IMG/VR virus record: IMGVR_UViG_3300036945_000802
Reading direction: 5' to 3' (one strand)
DNA length: 20,000 bases
Origin: an uncultured virus (IMG/VR IMGVR_UViG_3300036945_000802)
Taxonomy: Duplodnaviria; Heunggongvirae; Uroviricota; Caudoviricetes
A model generated the notes under the pieces. It had not been told where the DNA came from and did no database searches. It was given only the letters and a program-made list of their open reading frames with translations. Positions within the stretch are counted from its first letter, which is position 1. Each line of letters starts with the position of its first letter. This document shows positions 1-8,284 of this stretch, one piece after another. The translations under genes were made by a program, and so were the position numbers.

Positions 1-1599
1 TCTGCATCAGGCCGTAAAGTTCACAAGCGTAAGAAGATCGCTGATGATGATTATAATAAAGAAAATGATCCTGAAGCAGGTGAAAACGACAATGATGATG
101 TAAAAGAAAGCGCAGTTCCTGCTCATATGAAAGGCAAACAAAAGCCTTATGTTTCTTCAGATGGCAAAGGCAATTACGAAGTACTTGGCAACACGGGTCA
201 AACTAAAGCTGAATTCTCTCGTAAAGAACATGGTAAAGATGCTCATGCTAAAGCTCAAGCACATTTAAAATCTAAATATGATGAGTACATGAAAGAAGAA
301 ACCGAGATTGACGAAGGTGTTAATAAGTCAGATGTTCCAGCATACTTACGTAAGAAGACTGGCGATAAGTTAACTACTCAAGACTTAGACAAAGAACGTA
401 CACAGAATCGTTCACATCCAGAAACTATTAAAAAGATTAATGGTACTGAGATGAAAGAACAAGCACCAGTTGCACCATCAATTGGTGTACACAGAATTGG
501 TGTTACTGTTTCAGATTCTGACCATCCAGCAGTTACTAAGCGTAAAGAACTTATTCAAAAGTTTGTACGTGTAACAGCGCATGACAAAGATCGTGCAATT
601 GAAATTGGTAAGAAACACTTTGCGAAAAAAGGTTGGAAAGTACATGATGCTTCCCATTCAGGTATGGTTCATGAAGAAGCAATCAACGAATATTCTATGG
701 ACGATGTTCGTAAAGATGCAGCAGATCATATAAAGAAATCTATTGATAAGCAATCAGATGATCGTATTGCGGCTCTTAAGAATCCTCCAAAGAAAAAAGG
801 TTTCTTTGCTAGAGTTGGTGAGAAGCAAATCAATATGGTTAAAGGTGCATATCACGGTTTAACCAAAGAAGAAGTTGAATTAGAAGAAGCTAAAGACAAA
901 ACAGACAAGCGCTTTGATCTATTAGCTCGTCTTGGTTTAGTTGAGAAAGATGAACTTGCAAACCTTCGTTTGGCAATGAAGACTCTTTCAGAAGATAAAC
1001 AACTATCAATCAAACAACGTGATCTATTATTAAATGTATATGAATCATTAATTAGTTTAGTAACTGGTGATGATACATTGTTCTCTCGCATGAAGATTAA
1101 AGTGCAAGAAGAAATGTTACACGAGAAAAAAGATAGCGATAAAGGCGAGTATGACTACGAAGGTCAAATGGCTCGTACTCAATTACAAACTATCTTACGT
1201 AACTCTGAAGATTTAGTCGACATGATTGAAGATGATGAGAACATGCCTGAATGGGTTCAATCAAAGATTACATTAGCACAAGACTATATAACAACTGTAA
1301 GAGATTATTTGCAATCAAAAGAAGAACTTGGTGAAGAAAGTAAACTTGAAGAAGAAGGTTTAAAGGATGCATGTTGGAAAGGTTATACTGCCATTGGAAT
1401 GAAAATGAAAAATGGCAAGAAAGTTCCTAACTGTGTACCAAAAGAAGGTGTTGAAAATGTACCATTCGACGGACCATACACAAAAACTCCAGATAGCGTT
1501 AAAGATAAATCAGGTGCAGAACACACACCACAGTCAAGAGCTCGCCACTTAGCACGCTTAGCTATGAAACAAATAGCTAATAAATCTAAAAAGGCGTAA
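1..1599 (+). CDS. Long charged modular protein, 5'-truncated by the window edge; putative internal head/virion protein
   Basis: Frame 1 is open from base 1 (SASGRKVHKRKK...VKESAVPAH) into the ORF-track ATG at 127, so the true start lies upstream. Contains segments EYDYEGQMARTQL...PEWVQSKITLAQDY and ACWKGY...GKKVPNCVP, which I recall from T4-like phage proteins, separated by x-x-E/EE motifs. Confidence 0.8.
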   Translation, partial: SASGRKVHKRKKIADDDYNKENDPEAGENDNDDVKESAVPAHMKGKQKPYVSSDGKGNYEVLGNTGQTKAEFSRKEHGKDAHAKAQAHLKSKYDEYMKEETEIDEGVNKSDVPAYLRKKTGDKLTTQDLDKERTQNRSHPETIKKINGTEMKEQAPVAPSIGVHRIGVTVSDSDHPAVTKRKELIQKFVRVTAHDKDRAIEIGKKHFAKKGWKVHDASHSGMVHEEAINEYSMDDVRKDAADHIKKSIDKQSDDRIAALKNPPKKKGFFARVGEKQINMVKGAYHGLTKEEVELEEAKDKTDKRFDLLARLGLVEKDELANLRLAMKTLSEDKQLSIKQRDLLLNVYESLISLVTGDDTLFSRMKIKVQEEMLHEKKDSDKGEYDYEGQMARTQLQTILRNSEDLVDMIEDDENMPEWVQSKITLAQDYITTVRDYLQSKEELGEESKLEEEGLKDACWKGYTAIGMKMKNGKKVPNCVPKEGVENVPFDGPYTKTPDSVKDKSGAEHTPQSRARHLARLAMKQIANKSKKA

Positions 1600-1601
1600 G
1601 T

Positions 1602-1970
1602 ATGGCAACTAAATTAGACAACGAAAGAATTGCTAAATTGGAAACGCAAGTCGAAGGCATCAAAGAGGATGTAGCTGCCGTGAAAGAGGATATTAAAGAA
1701 CTTCACTCTCGTATTACCACAGGTAATCGTGAGATCGTCGAAAAGATCGAAGATATGGACAAACGTTTAGAAGAAAAGCTAAACAAGTCTGCGGAATCTG
1801 CACGTCTACAACATCAACAAATGCAAACAGAAATTAAACATGACGTTGTTAAAATTTCCACACGTGTTGAAATATTAGAACGTTGGAAATGGATGATCGT
1901 GGGCGGTGCCATAGTAATCGGATATTTAATCGGTCATGTCGACTGGTCAACACTATTAATCATTAAATAA
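1602..1970 (+). CDS. Coiled-coil protein with one C-terminal transmembrane helix (holin-like/XhlA-like architecture)
   Basis: Heptad-like N-terminus, then LERWKWMIVGGAIVIGYLIG hydrophobic segment; tightly packed between neighbours. Function is inferred. Confidence 0.6.
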   Translation: MATKLDNERIAKLETQVEGIKEDVAAVKEDIKELHSRITTGNREIVEKIEDMDKRLEEKLNKSAESARLQHQQMQTEIKHDVVKISTRVEILERWKWMIVGGAIVIGYLIGHVDWSTLLIIK

Positions 1971-1971
1971 T

Positions 1972-2955
1972 ATGGCACAAAATAAATTACTAGATAAACG
2001 TTTCGAAGTTGTCATGCTAGCTGATGACGAAGGGACAACTGTATCTTCTGCAAATCCATTGCCAGTAACACTAGGTTCTGATACAATTACTATTACTGGC
2101 AGCGTCAACGTTGGAACAGTTGTTCAAGTAGACAGTTCTGACGAAGATCCTGTTCACGCTCATATTTGTGGGATTGATCTAGCTGGAGGCGCTATACCAG
2201 TTTCTCAATCTGGTGAATGGACTATAAAATCAGAGAATACAAAACAAGGTAAATTGTGGTCACAGCAAGTAGCTGAAGGCACCGTTGCTGGTACAAAATT
2301 CATTCATATCGCAGGTTATAATCCTGATATTGATTCACCTAATGCGCCTGAAACAATCGGTGGTGTTGGTGGAATATATCCATGGTCAGCGCTAGGTAAT
2401 ACAGCTAATACAGTTTATTTTATTAGTACTTCTGCTAGCGACGTCGGTTGTCAATTCTTAGTTGCAGGTCTTGATGGAAGCTTCAATGAACAGACTGAAG
2501 TAATTACTCTTAATGGTACAACTGCTATAACAGGTACAAAAACTTGGACACGTATTAATAATATGACAATCGCTGGTTCAGCAATAAACGTAGGTACTGT
2601 TACTGCTAGATTAACAAGCGGTACTGGCACCATCATTGATTTAGTTGATATAGGTGAAGGTTATAACGCTACTGGAATTTATACCATTCCTGCTGGCAAA
2701 ACTGGTTACCTTATGGTAGGTGATGCATCTGTTAGTAAAGGTGATGACGTTACTATTAAAATGTATGTACGTGAATATGGAAAAGCATTTCGCTTAGCTC
2801 ACATTGCTGAAGCATACGAGAGTTTCTATCGATATGATTTTCAGATTCCGATTCCATTGGCCGAAAAAACTGATATTGATGTCAGAGCATTAGCGTATGT
2901 TGATAACACTAGAGTTAGTTGCAATTTTGATATCGTCTTAATTGATAACGAATAA
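1972..2955 (+). CDS. Putative virion structural protein (beta-rich, Gly/Thr/Val-rich)
   Basis: 327-aa ORF with the composition of phage structural beta proteins (GYNPDID, EVITLNGTT, YTIPAGKTGY); lies in the late block. Confidence 0.6.
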   Translation: MAQNKLLDKRFEVVMLADDEGTTVSSANPLPVTLGSDTITITGSVNVGTVVQVDSSDEDPVHAHICGIDLAGGAIPVSQSGEWTIKSENTKQGKLWSQQVAEGTVAGTKFIHIAGYNPDIDSPNAPETIGGVGGIYPWSALGNTANTVYFISTSASDVGCQFLVAGLDGSFNEQTEVITLNGTTAITGTKTWTRINNMTIAGSAINVGTVTARLTSGTGTIIDLVDIGEGYNATGIYTIPAGKTGYLMVGDASVSKGDDVTIKMYVREYGKAFRLAHIAEAYESFYRYDFQIPIPLAEKTDIDVRALAYVDNTRVSCNFDIVLIDNE

Positions 2956-2958
2956 ATA
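2951..2958 (+). promoter_or_regulatory. T4-type late promoter candidate (AATAAATA)
   Basis: Matches NATAAATA (T4 gp55 consensus TATAAATA) at the gene boundary, followed by SD AAGGA (2966-2970) and ATG at 2978. Confidence 0.6.
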
Positions 2959-2977
2959 AACAAAAAAGGAAATTAAA

Positions 2978-4324
2978 ATGACTTGGGGAATTTTTAAGAA
3001 AGACTCAGTTTCAGAAGCTTATGCTAAAATGAAAGCTGAAGAACTAAAAGGCAAACAACATAAACTAGACGTTAATAAAAACGGTAAAGTTGATGGTGAT
3101 GATCTTGCTAAACTGCGTTCACAAAAAGAAGAAGTTGAAGCAGTCGAAGAAGGTTGGGACGACATGGTTAAATATGTCAAAGACAAAAATGGTCCACAAC
3201 CAAACGGTGGTGCAGGTAAAAAACAAGGCACACGTTATGGCGGCCAGAAACAAAAAGAAGATGAGTCTGATAAGCGTAAAGAAAAGAACGAATCAGTTGA
3301 ATTAGAACAGTTTGACGACGAAGCTTTCTATGATGGTTCAGATATGTTAGGCGAAGCACAAGCTCGTTATAGCCAATCATATCAGTTTACACACAAACCA
3401 GGTGATGAAGAGTCAGAGAAGAAATTATCTGATTTGAAAAAATCTGTTAAAGGTACTGGTAAGCGTGTTGTTCTACAAGGTCGTTTAGGCAAGAACAATC
3501 CTAACGCGCATAAGTATTCTAAGAATGCACCACAAGGTACATATGCTAATGGTAAACGTACTAACAGCGATGTCTCTGGTAAATCAGGTGCACATACACA
3601 TCAGCGTATTCAAAAAGCAGATGCTGCACATCATGACGTTTATGTTTATGATAAGTCAGATGTACAACATGATGCTAATACAATGATTAGTGAATTAGAT
3701 ATTTTTTCTAGCAAAGAAATCGACATGCTTATCAATGAAGTATTGTCAAAAGATGCATCTGCTGGTGAATGGATCTCTGATTTTGTCAAGTCAGATAATC
3801 CAAAATTTGCTGGCAAATCAACTGAGCAACGTAAGAAGCAAGCATTAGGTGCTTATTACGCAGCACAACGTAATGAATCGACTGACTATGAATCATTCTT
3901 AGTTTTAGATGAAGCGACACAAGGTGACATCGTAAAGATGGGAGCCAAAGAAATTAAACATGCAAACATGAAGGATAAACAAAATGATCAAGAAGTTATG
4001 GAACCTCATTCTGGGACAGAAGCCAAGTTCATCGACAGCCACATCATCAGAGTCGAAGACGACGCAACAAGAGACAAGCAAGATGGAGGAGCCAGCAAAC
4101 TTGGAAAAGCAAGTGAGCCAGCAGGAAAAGGTCCAGGAAGCTACAACGCCAAAGAAAAGCTCGGCGACCAAAAAACCGGCGTTAAAGAAGAAGTCTACAA
4201 AACCGCAGCCGGCGAAGAAATCGACACCGAGCCAGCAGAAAAGAAAGCCGACGACAAGAAAAAGTTCGGCAGCTTCAAAGCAAGCATGAACAAAGAAGCT
4301 AGCGACTGCAAATCTAAGCAGTAA
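2978..4324 (+). CDS. Long charged modular protein; putative internal head protein with an EF-hand-like loop
   Basis: 448 aa with SD AAGGA. DVNKNGKVDGDD loop at 3068-3103; module LSKDASAGEWISDFVKSDNPKFAGKS...ALGAYY; many x-x-E linkers. Confidence 0.8.
   Translation: MTWGIFKKDSVSEAYAKMKAEELKGKQHKLDVNKNGKVDGDDLAKLRSQKEEVEAVEEGWDDMVKYVKDKNGPQPNGGAGKKQGTRYGGQKQKEDESDKRKEKNESVELEQFDDEAFYDGSDMLGEAQARYSQSYQFTHKPGDEESEKKLSDLKKSVKGTGKRVVLQGRLGKNNPNAHKYSKNAPQGTYANGKRTNSDVSGKSGAHTHQRIQKADAAHHDVYVYDKSDVQHDANTMISELDIFSSKEIDMLINEVLSKDASAGEWISDFVKSDNPKFAGKSTEQRKKQALGAYYAAQRNESTDYESFLVLDEATQGDIVKMGAKEIKHANMKDKQNDQEVMEPHSGTEAKFIDSHIIRVEDDATRDKQDGGASKLGKASEPAGKGPGSYNAKEKLGDQKTGVKEEVYKTAAGEEIDTEPAEKKADDKKKFGSFKASMNKEASDCKSKQ
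3984..4289 (+). CDS. Nested (+1 frame) small basic protein: amphipathic N-terminal helix plus Lys/Ser/Thr/Pro-rich tail
   Basis: SD AAGGA at 3971-3975, 8 nt before ATG 3984. Product MIKKLWNLILG...KKPALKKKSTKPQPAKK looks protein-like, and the DNA here is visibly T-poor and C-rich relative to its flanks. Confidence 0.55.
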   Translation: MIKKLWNLILGQKPSSSTATSSESKTTQQETSKMEEPANLEKQVSQQEKVQEATTPKKSSATKKPALKKKSTKPQPAKKSTPSQQKRKPTTRKSSAASKQA

Positions 4325-4332
4325 TTAGTTGT

Positions 4333-4340
4333 AATAAATA
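4333..4340 (+). promoter_or_regulatory. T4-type late promoter candidate (AATAAATA)
   Basis: Intergenic NATAAATA upstream of the ORF at 4383 (SD AGGA at 4375-4378). Confidence 0.6.
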
Positions 4341-4369
4341 ATAGGGAGAAGTCTCCCTATTATTACTTT
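4337..4369 (+). terminator. Perfect hairpin, probable intrinsic terminator
   Basis: AATAATAGGGAG (4337-4348), loop AAGT, CTCCCTATTATT (4353-4364), then ACTTT; located just after the stop at 4324. Confidence 0.6.
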
Positions 4370-4382
4370 GTCATAGGATATT

Positions 4383-4751
4383 ATGAATAGCTTTGAGAAG
4401 TTAACGAACAAGAACTTTACTTTGTTCGCAGCCAAGAATTATACAAACCCACAGTGCATGACAACTGAGGAGTTTGAAGAGGACTTGCAAAAGTTCAAGT
4501 ATGTCAAGCGACTATTCAATCGTTACGAAACAACGGGTGAATTAAGTGAACGTCTGATTTTAAACCATTTGATTGTAATATATAATGTGTTTGGTATTAA
4601 AGCAGCAAACCATATGATGTTTCATAAAATTGACAAACAGAACTGGCCTTTATTAAAGACGTTCTTAGTCTACTTGAATTATTTGCCAGAAGATCAATTT
4701 GTAGAAATACCTTTAGACCTTAAAGTCATTCAGGTATTGAGGAAGATTTAA
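4383..4751 (+). CDS. Conserved T4-like phage hypothetical protein (resembles DUF7207)
   Basis: Motifs FAAKNYTNPQC, EFEEDLQKFKYVKRLF, LSERLILNHLIVIYNVFG and LKTFLVYLNYLP, which I recall from T4-like phages. Confidence 0.8.
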   Translation: MNSFEKLTNKNFTLFAAKNYTNPQCMTTEEFEEDLQKFKYVKRLFNRYETTGELSERLILNHLIVIYNVFGIKAANHMMFHKIDKQNWPLLKTFLVYLNYLPEDQFVEIPLDLKVIQVLRKI

Positions 4752-5345
4752 ATGGCATTAGTACAACGAGCAGTTGACATTTACTATACATTTAGGTTTC
4801 TTCGACAGTTAGTAACTCCATGGAATGAGACAAAAGCCTATAAGTTAGGTTTAGTGGATGAGAACGGTAAGAAACTTAGAAGTGCTGTAACCACAGAAGA
4901 AAAAGATGCTTATACATTATTCTTTAGATTAGTGTATAACATGAAAAGATTATTAAACAAAGCTCCATTTGGTAAGACTAAGCTAGCATCATATGCTGCT
5001 GCACTTTGGTTAATCAAAGAGAATACAAACATGAGTAGTGATGCGATCTATGAAGGCTTTAAACAGTATGTCAAAGATCAGAACATCGAATTAGATAATA
5101 CACTATCTGAGTCAAAAACTTGGATGGTTAAGGAAGGTAATTTACTTCCAGGAAAGTATAAGTTGGCAGAGCATTGTGTCTCTTCCATAACAGGTGAACC
5201 GGTTGCTTTTAAAGGTTCATTGATTATGGTAAATGAGATGAGCTGTATGCCATGTGGAAAAGTTGGAGATGTGAGCGTGTATTCAGTATATCATCCATCC
5301 TCAAAACAACACATATACATAACGTTAGAAGACATCTACAGATAA
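4752..5345 (+). CDS. Conserved T4-like phage hypothetical protein, probably virion-associated
   Basis: N-terminal DIYYTFRFLRQLVTPWNETKAYKLGLVDENGK...AYTLFFRLVYNMKRLL motif recalled from T4-superfamily proteins; starts immediately after the previous stop. Confidence 0.75.
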   Translation: MALVQRAVDIYYTFRFLRQLVTPWNETKAYKLGLVDENGKKLRSAVTTEEKDAYTLFFRLVYNMKRLLNKAPFGKTKLASYAAALWLIKENTNMSSDAIYEGFKQYVKDQNIELDNTLSESKTWMVKEGNLLPGKYKLAEHCVSSITGEPVAFKGSLIMVNEMSCMPCGKVGDVSVYSVYHPSSKQHIYITLEDIYR

Positions 5346-5354
5346 GAATAAGAA

Positions 5355-7022
5355 ATGCCAATCAATCCATCTCTACAACGTAAGCTCGATTCAATGAAAC
5401 AAGAAGTGCAGAAGATTCGTGATACTCACAAGTCTACTCAAGCAGCCATGTCTGATAAAACTGCAAATGATATTGAAGCGTTGAATAATAAACGTGCACA
5501 AGTTTTAGATGCTGAAAAGAAACGTCTCGCTAATATGCAAAATCAATCAGAACAGTTTGATGCTACTGAATTAGTACAAGCTATGGTCAGTGAAGCTTAT
5601 GCAAGCGGTGGATTTGATTATGAGAAGCAAGTAAACGATAAACTTAAGAAGCATGGTAAAGCAGATCCAGATTCTACAACTGCTGGATCAAGCGGTGATG
5701 CACCTGATGCTAAGTTCAAACATGGTGGTCAAGAACACAACTTAGAAGTTAAGAAAGACCACAAGGCTATGTTCGGTCAAATCGAACTAAAGCATGATGG
5801 TAAAAAATGGGGTATCTCTGATCGTTCAAGAGCAAAATATCCTGAGACTGCTAAATCAATCGAAGCTACTGGTTTCTTGCATAAAGTAAACAAACAGTGG
5901 GACAAACCAACTGGTGATTATGAATCTGACTTACAAAAAGGTAACGTCTATCATACGCACTCAGATGCAGAACCAATTAAAGCACACTACGGTAAAGATC
6001 GCAAGACAGATTATATTCAAATTGGCGGTGGTCATGGATTCTACCACACTGGTGATGATAAAGCAAAATTGGGTTCACCTGAATTAGAAGGTAAAACACA
6101 ACTACGTGCACGCATGAAAGCACGTGGAAGAGATGCTGATGGTAAGCGCACATACGGTGCACTGATTGTTATGGGTTTAAAAGATGCACAAAAATCTCAT
6201 CACGACTTAGACGCTGCAGTCCAAAAAGAATGGATTGAAGACGTATTAAAAGGACACAAAGAATTTATGCTTGAATCTAAATTAGATGAAGCTCGTGGTA
6301 CTGCCGATAAACATTGGGATATTGCACAAAACCACAAAGAGAAAGCATCTTTATCTACTAAAGGCACTGAGAAATATCACTCTCATATGGCTGACTATCA
6401 CGATTCAATGCATCGTTATCATTCAGAGATTGGTCAATCATCTCATGCTAGTGCTCATGCTGATAAAGCAGAGATTCACCATGAGAAAGCGTATGAAGCA
6501 ATGCAAAGCGTTAAAGAAGCACACAAGATTGGTGACAAAGTAGAGATCATTAAAGGATCTGATAAAGGAATTCAAGGTAGAATCGGTGAGATTCGCCATG
6601 GTGCCTACAAAGGTGCACCTAAAACATTCACTGTTTTCCACGGTGAAAAAGATGCAACACAAGTTAAGAAGACACACATCAAAGGTCTTAAAGAAGAAGC
6701 TGATTATATTACAGAAGAAACTGAATGTTTCTCTCATGGTTTCTGGTCAGGTCAACAAGAAGAACCTAAGAAAAATCCATACGAAGCTGGTACAGAAGAC
6801 CACACAGAATATGAGAATGGTTACATGCAAGGTGTGATGACACGTCGTCGCATACAAGAAGAAGGTGAAGGCGGTGTACCAGCTAATAATGCTGGAGATG
6901 GTAAAGTTGCTGGATTTGCAGGTGATGCAGGTAAAAAGGTTAAGATGACTAGCGAACCATTAAAACGTAAACCGATGCCAAAGTTTAAGAATTATGTATC
7001 ACAAGAACATGAGGATATCTAA
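5355..7022 (+). CDS. Multi-module protein: PD-(D/E)xK nuclease-like, His-rich, KOW-like and RMF-like modules
   Basis: 555 aa. GFDYE...PD(117-118)...EVK(131-133); 11 His in 76 residues (6291-6518); KIGDKVEIIKGSDKGIQGRI (KOW); GFWSG...NPY...YENGY; C-terminal PANNAGDGKVAG. Confidence 0.75.
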   Translation: MPINPSLQRKLDSMKQEVQKIRDTHKSTQAAMSDKTANDIEALNNKRAQVLDAEKKRLANMQNQSEQFDATELVQAMVSEAYASGGFDYEKQVNDKLKKHGKADPDSTTAGSSGDAPDAKFKHGGQEHNLEVKKDHKAMFGQIELKHDGKKWGISDRSRAKYPETAKSIEATGFLHKVNKQWDKPTGDYESDLQKGNVYHTHSDAEPIKAHYGKDRKTDYIQIGGGHGFYHTGDDKAKLGSPELEGKTQLRARMKARGRDADGKRTYGALIVMGLKDAQKSHHDLDAAVQKEWIEDVLKGHKEFMLESKLDEARGTADKHWDIAQNHKEKASLSTKGTEKYHSHMADYHDSMHRYHSEIGQSSHASAHADKAEIHHEKAYEAMQSVKEAHKIGDKVEIIKGSDKGIQGRIGEIRHGAYKGAPKTFTVFHGEKDATQVKKTHIKGLKEEADYITEETECFSHGFWSGQQEEPKKNPYEAGTEDHTEYENGYMQGVMTRRRIQEEGEGGVPANNAGDGKVAGFAGDAGKKVKMTSEPLKRKPMPKFKNYVSQEHEDI

Positions 7023-8284
7023 TGTTACCTAAGTATCAAAAAATTAAATTTACTACCGGTGATAAAATCACCGAGAGTTTAGGTGACAGACCGTTTACAG
7101 TTGAATCTGCAAAAGGCTATGGCCTAAAATTAAAGGTTGACAACAACACTATTGATGTTGGCACTGATGGTCATATTGCTTTAGATGCTGCTGCGCAAAT
7201 CGATTTTGGTGGAGAAGGTCCATACATCAGATTAGAAGATGGAGATCTTGTTGTCTCTGGAAATGCAAATGCAGTAATCGTTAGATCTGGTAATTTAGAC
7301 TATGAATTTGGTACAGATGGTGTACTTACATTACCAGAAGGCGGATCTATTGTAGATTCTAACGGAGATCCAATAACTGGTGGTCAAGGTGGCGTAAGCG
7401 GTGATCCACGATTAACTATTCATGGTTATTTAGATGGTGTTACTGTACCAGGCACTGCGCAGAATTATGTAACGTTTACTACTGGAGATGTAGCTCCTAC
7501 TGGTTTATATTTGACTAGATATGAAAGCGCAGATACACGAGCTTTCTTTGCATTACAAGAAGGTCCACAATGGACTGCAAGTCAAACTGAATATTCAGAG
7601 GCTATGTTAGCAGCTGGACATTTTGGACCAGCTGCTGAATACGCTAATGCATTAGGTGTTAATATATTAGATGCACCTTGGGGCGGATACCAACTTCAAC
7701 CAAATACAACATACACGATGTGGATTCAACAGATCAATGCTATCTGTGAATATGCTTTTTCTACATCTGTTAATGACAATGGTTTTAATGCACCAATTAC
7801 ATACTCAAGCGCTAAACTTTCTCCAACTCAAATAAGTTTTTATGATGTTGTTGGAACTGGTCCAGCTGTTCTATCAGAGAATTCATACCTTAGCAATACT
7901 ACATTACAAGGTAATACAACAGTAGGTCCTCTTTTAGAAACACTTAGAAAAAAGAGTGGTGCAGGTTTAACAGTTGTACATGACTTTAAAACTACATCAA
8001 CATGGTATCATGTAATGATATCACAAAACTTTACACCTAACTTTACGAATCTGCCAACAGAAAACGATAGAGTTATTGAATGTAAATTGATTCTTAATCA
8101 AGGTGCTACTCCATATATTCCAAATGCAATTAAGATTTCTGGAACAGATACAACAGTTAATTGGTTAGGATCAACATTACCAAGCGGTACTGCTAACAAA
8201 AAAGATTTAGTTACATTTACATTTGTCCGCACAGGTTCAGTTTGGATTGTGTTAGGTAAATTAGAAACGTATGGTTCTGCATAA
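7022..8284 (+). CDS. Putative tail fibre or other virion structural protein
   Basis: 420 aa, Gly/Thr/Asn-rich and beta-like (FGTDGVLTLPEGG; C-terminal LNQGATPY...VNWLGSTLPSGTANKKDLVTFTF); TAATG-coupled to both neighbours. Confidence 0.6.
   Translation: MLPKYQKIKFTTGDKITESLGDRPFTVESAKGYGLKLKVDNNTIDVGTDGHIALDAAAQIDFGGEGPYIRLEDGDLVVSGNANAVIVRSGNLDYEFGTDGVLTLPEGGSIVDSNGDPITGGQGGVSGDPRLTIHGYLDGVTVPGTAQNYVTFTTGDVAPTGLYLTRYESADTRAFFALQEGPQWTASQTEYSEAMLAAGHFGPAAEYANALGVNILDAPWGGYQLQPNTTYTMWIQQINAICEYAFSTSVNDNGFNAPITYSSAKLSPTQISFYDVVGTGPAVLSENSYLSNTTLQGNTTVGPLLETLRKKSGAGLTVVHDFKTTSTWYHVMISQNFTPNFTNLPTENDRVIECKLILNQGATPYIPNAIKISGTDTTVNWLGSTLPSGTANKKDLVTFTFVRTGSVWIVLGKLETYGSA

Noticed and set aside
3090..6837. 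Alternative-frame + ORFs 3090-3305, 6286-6543 and 6586-6837
   Set aside because: Lys/Leu/Met-rich shadows expected from the +1 frame of GAA/GAT-rich genes, with no convincing SD or local codon shift.
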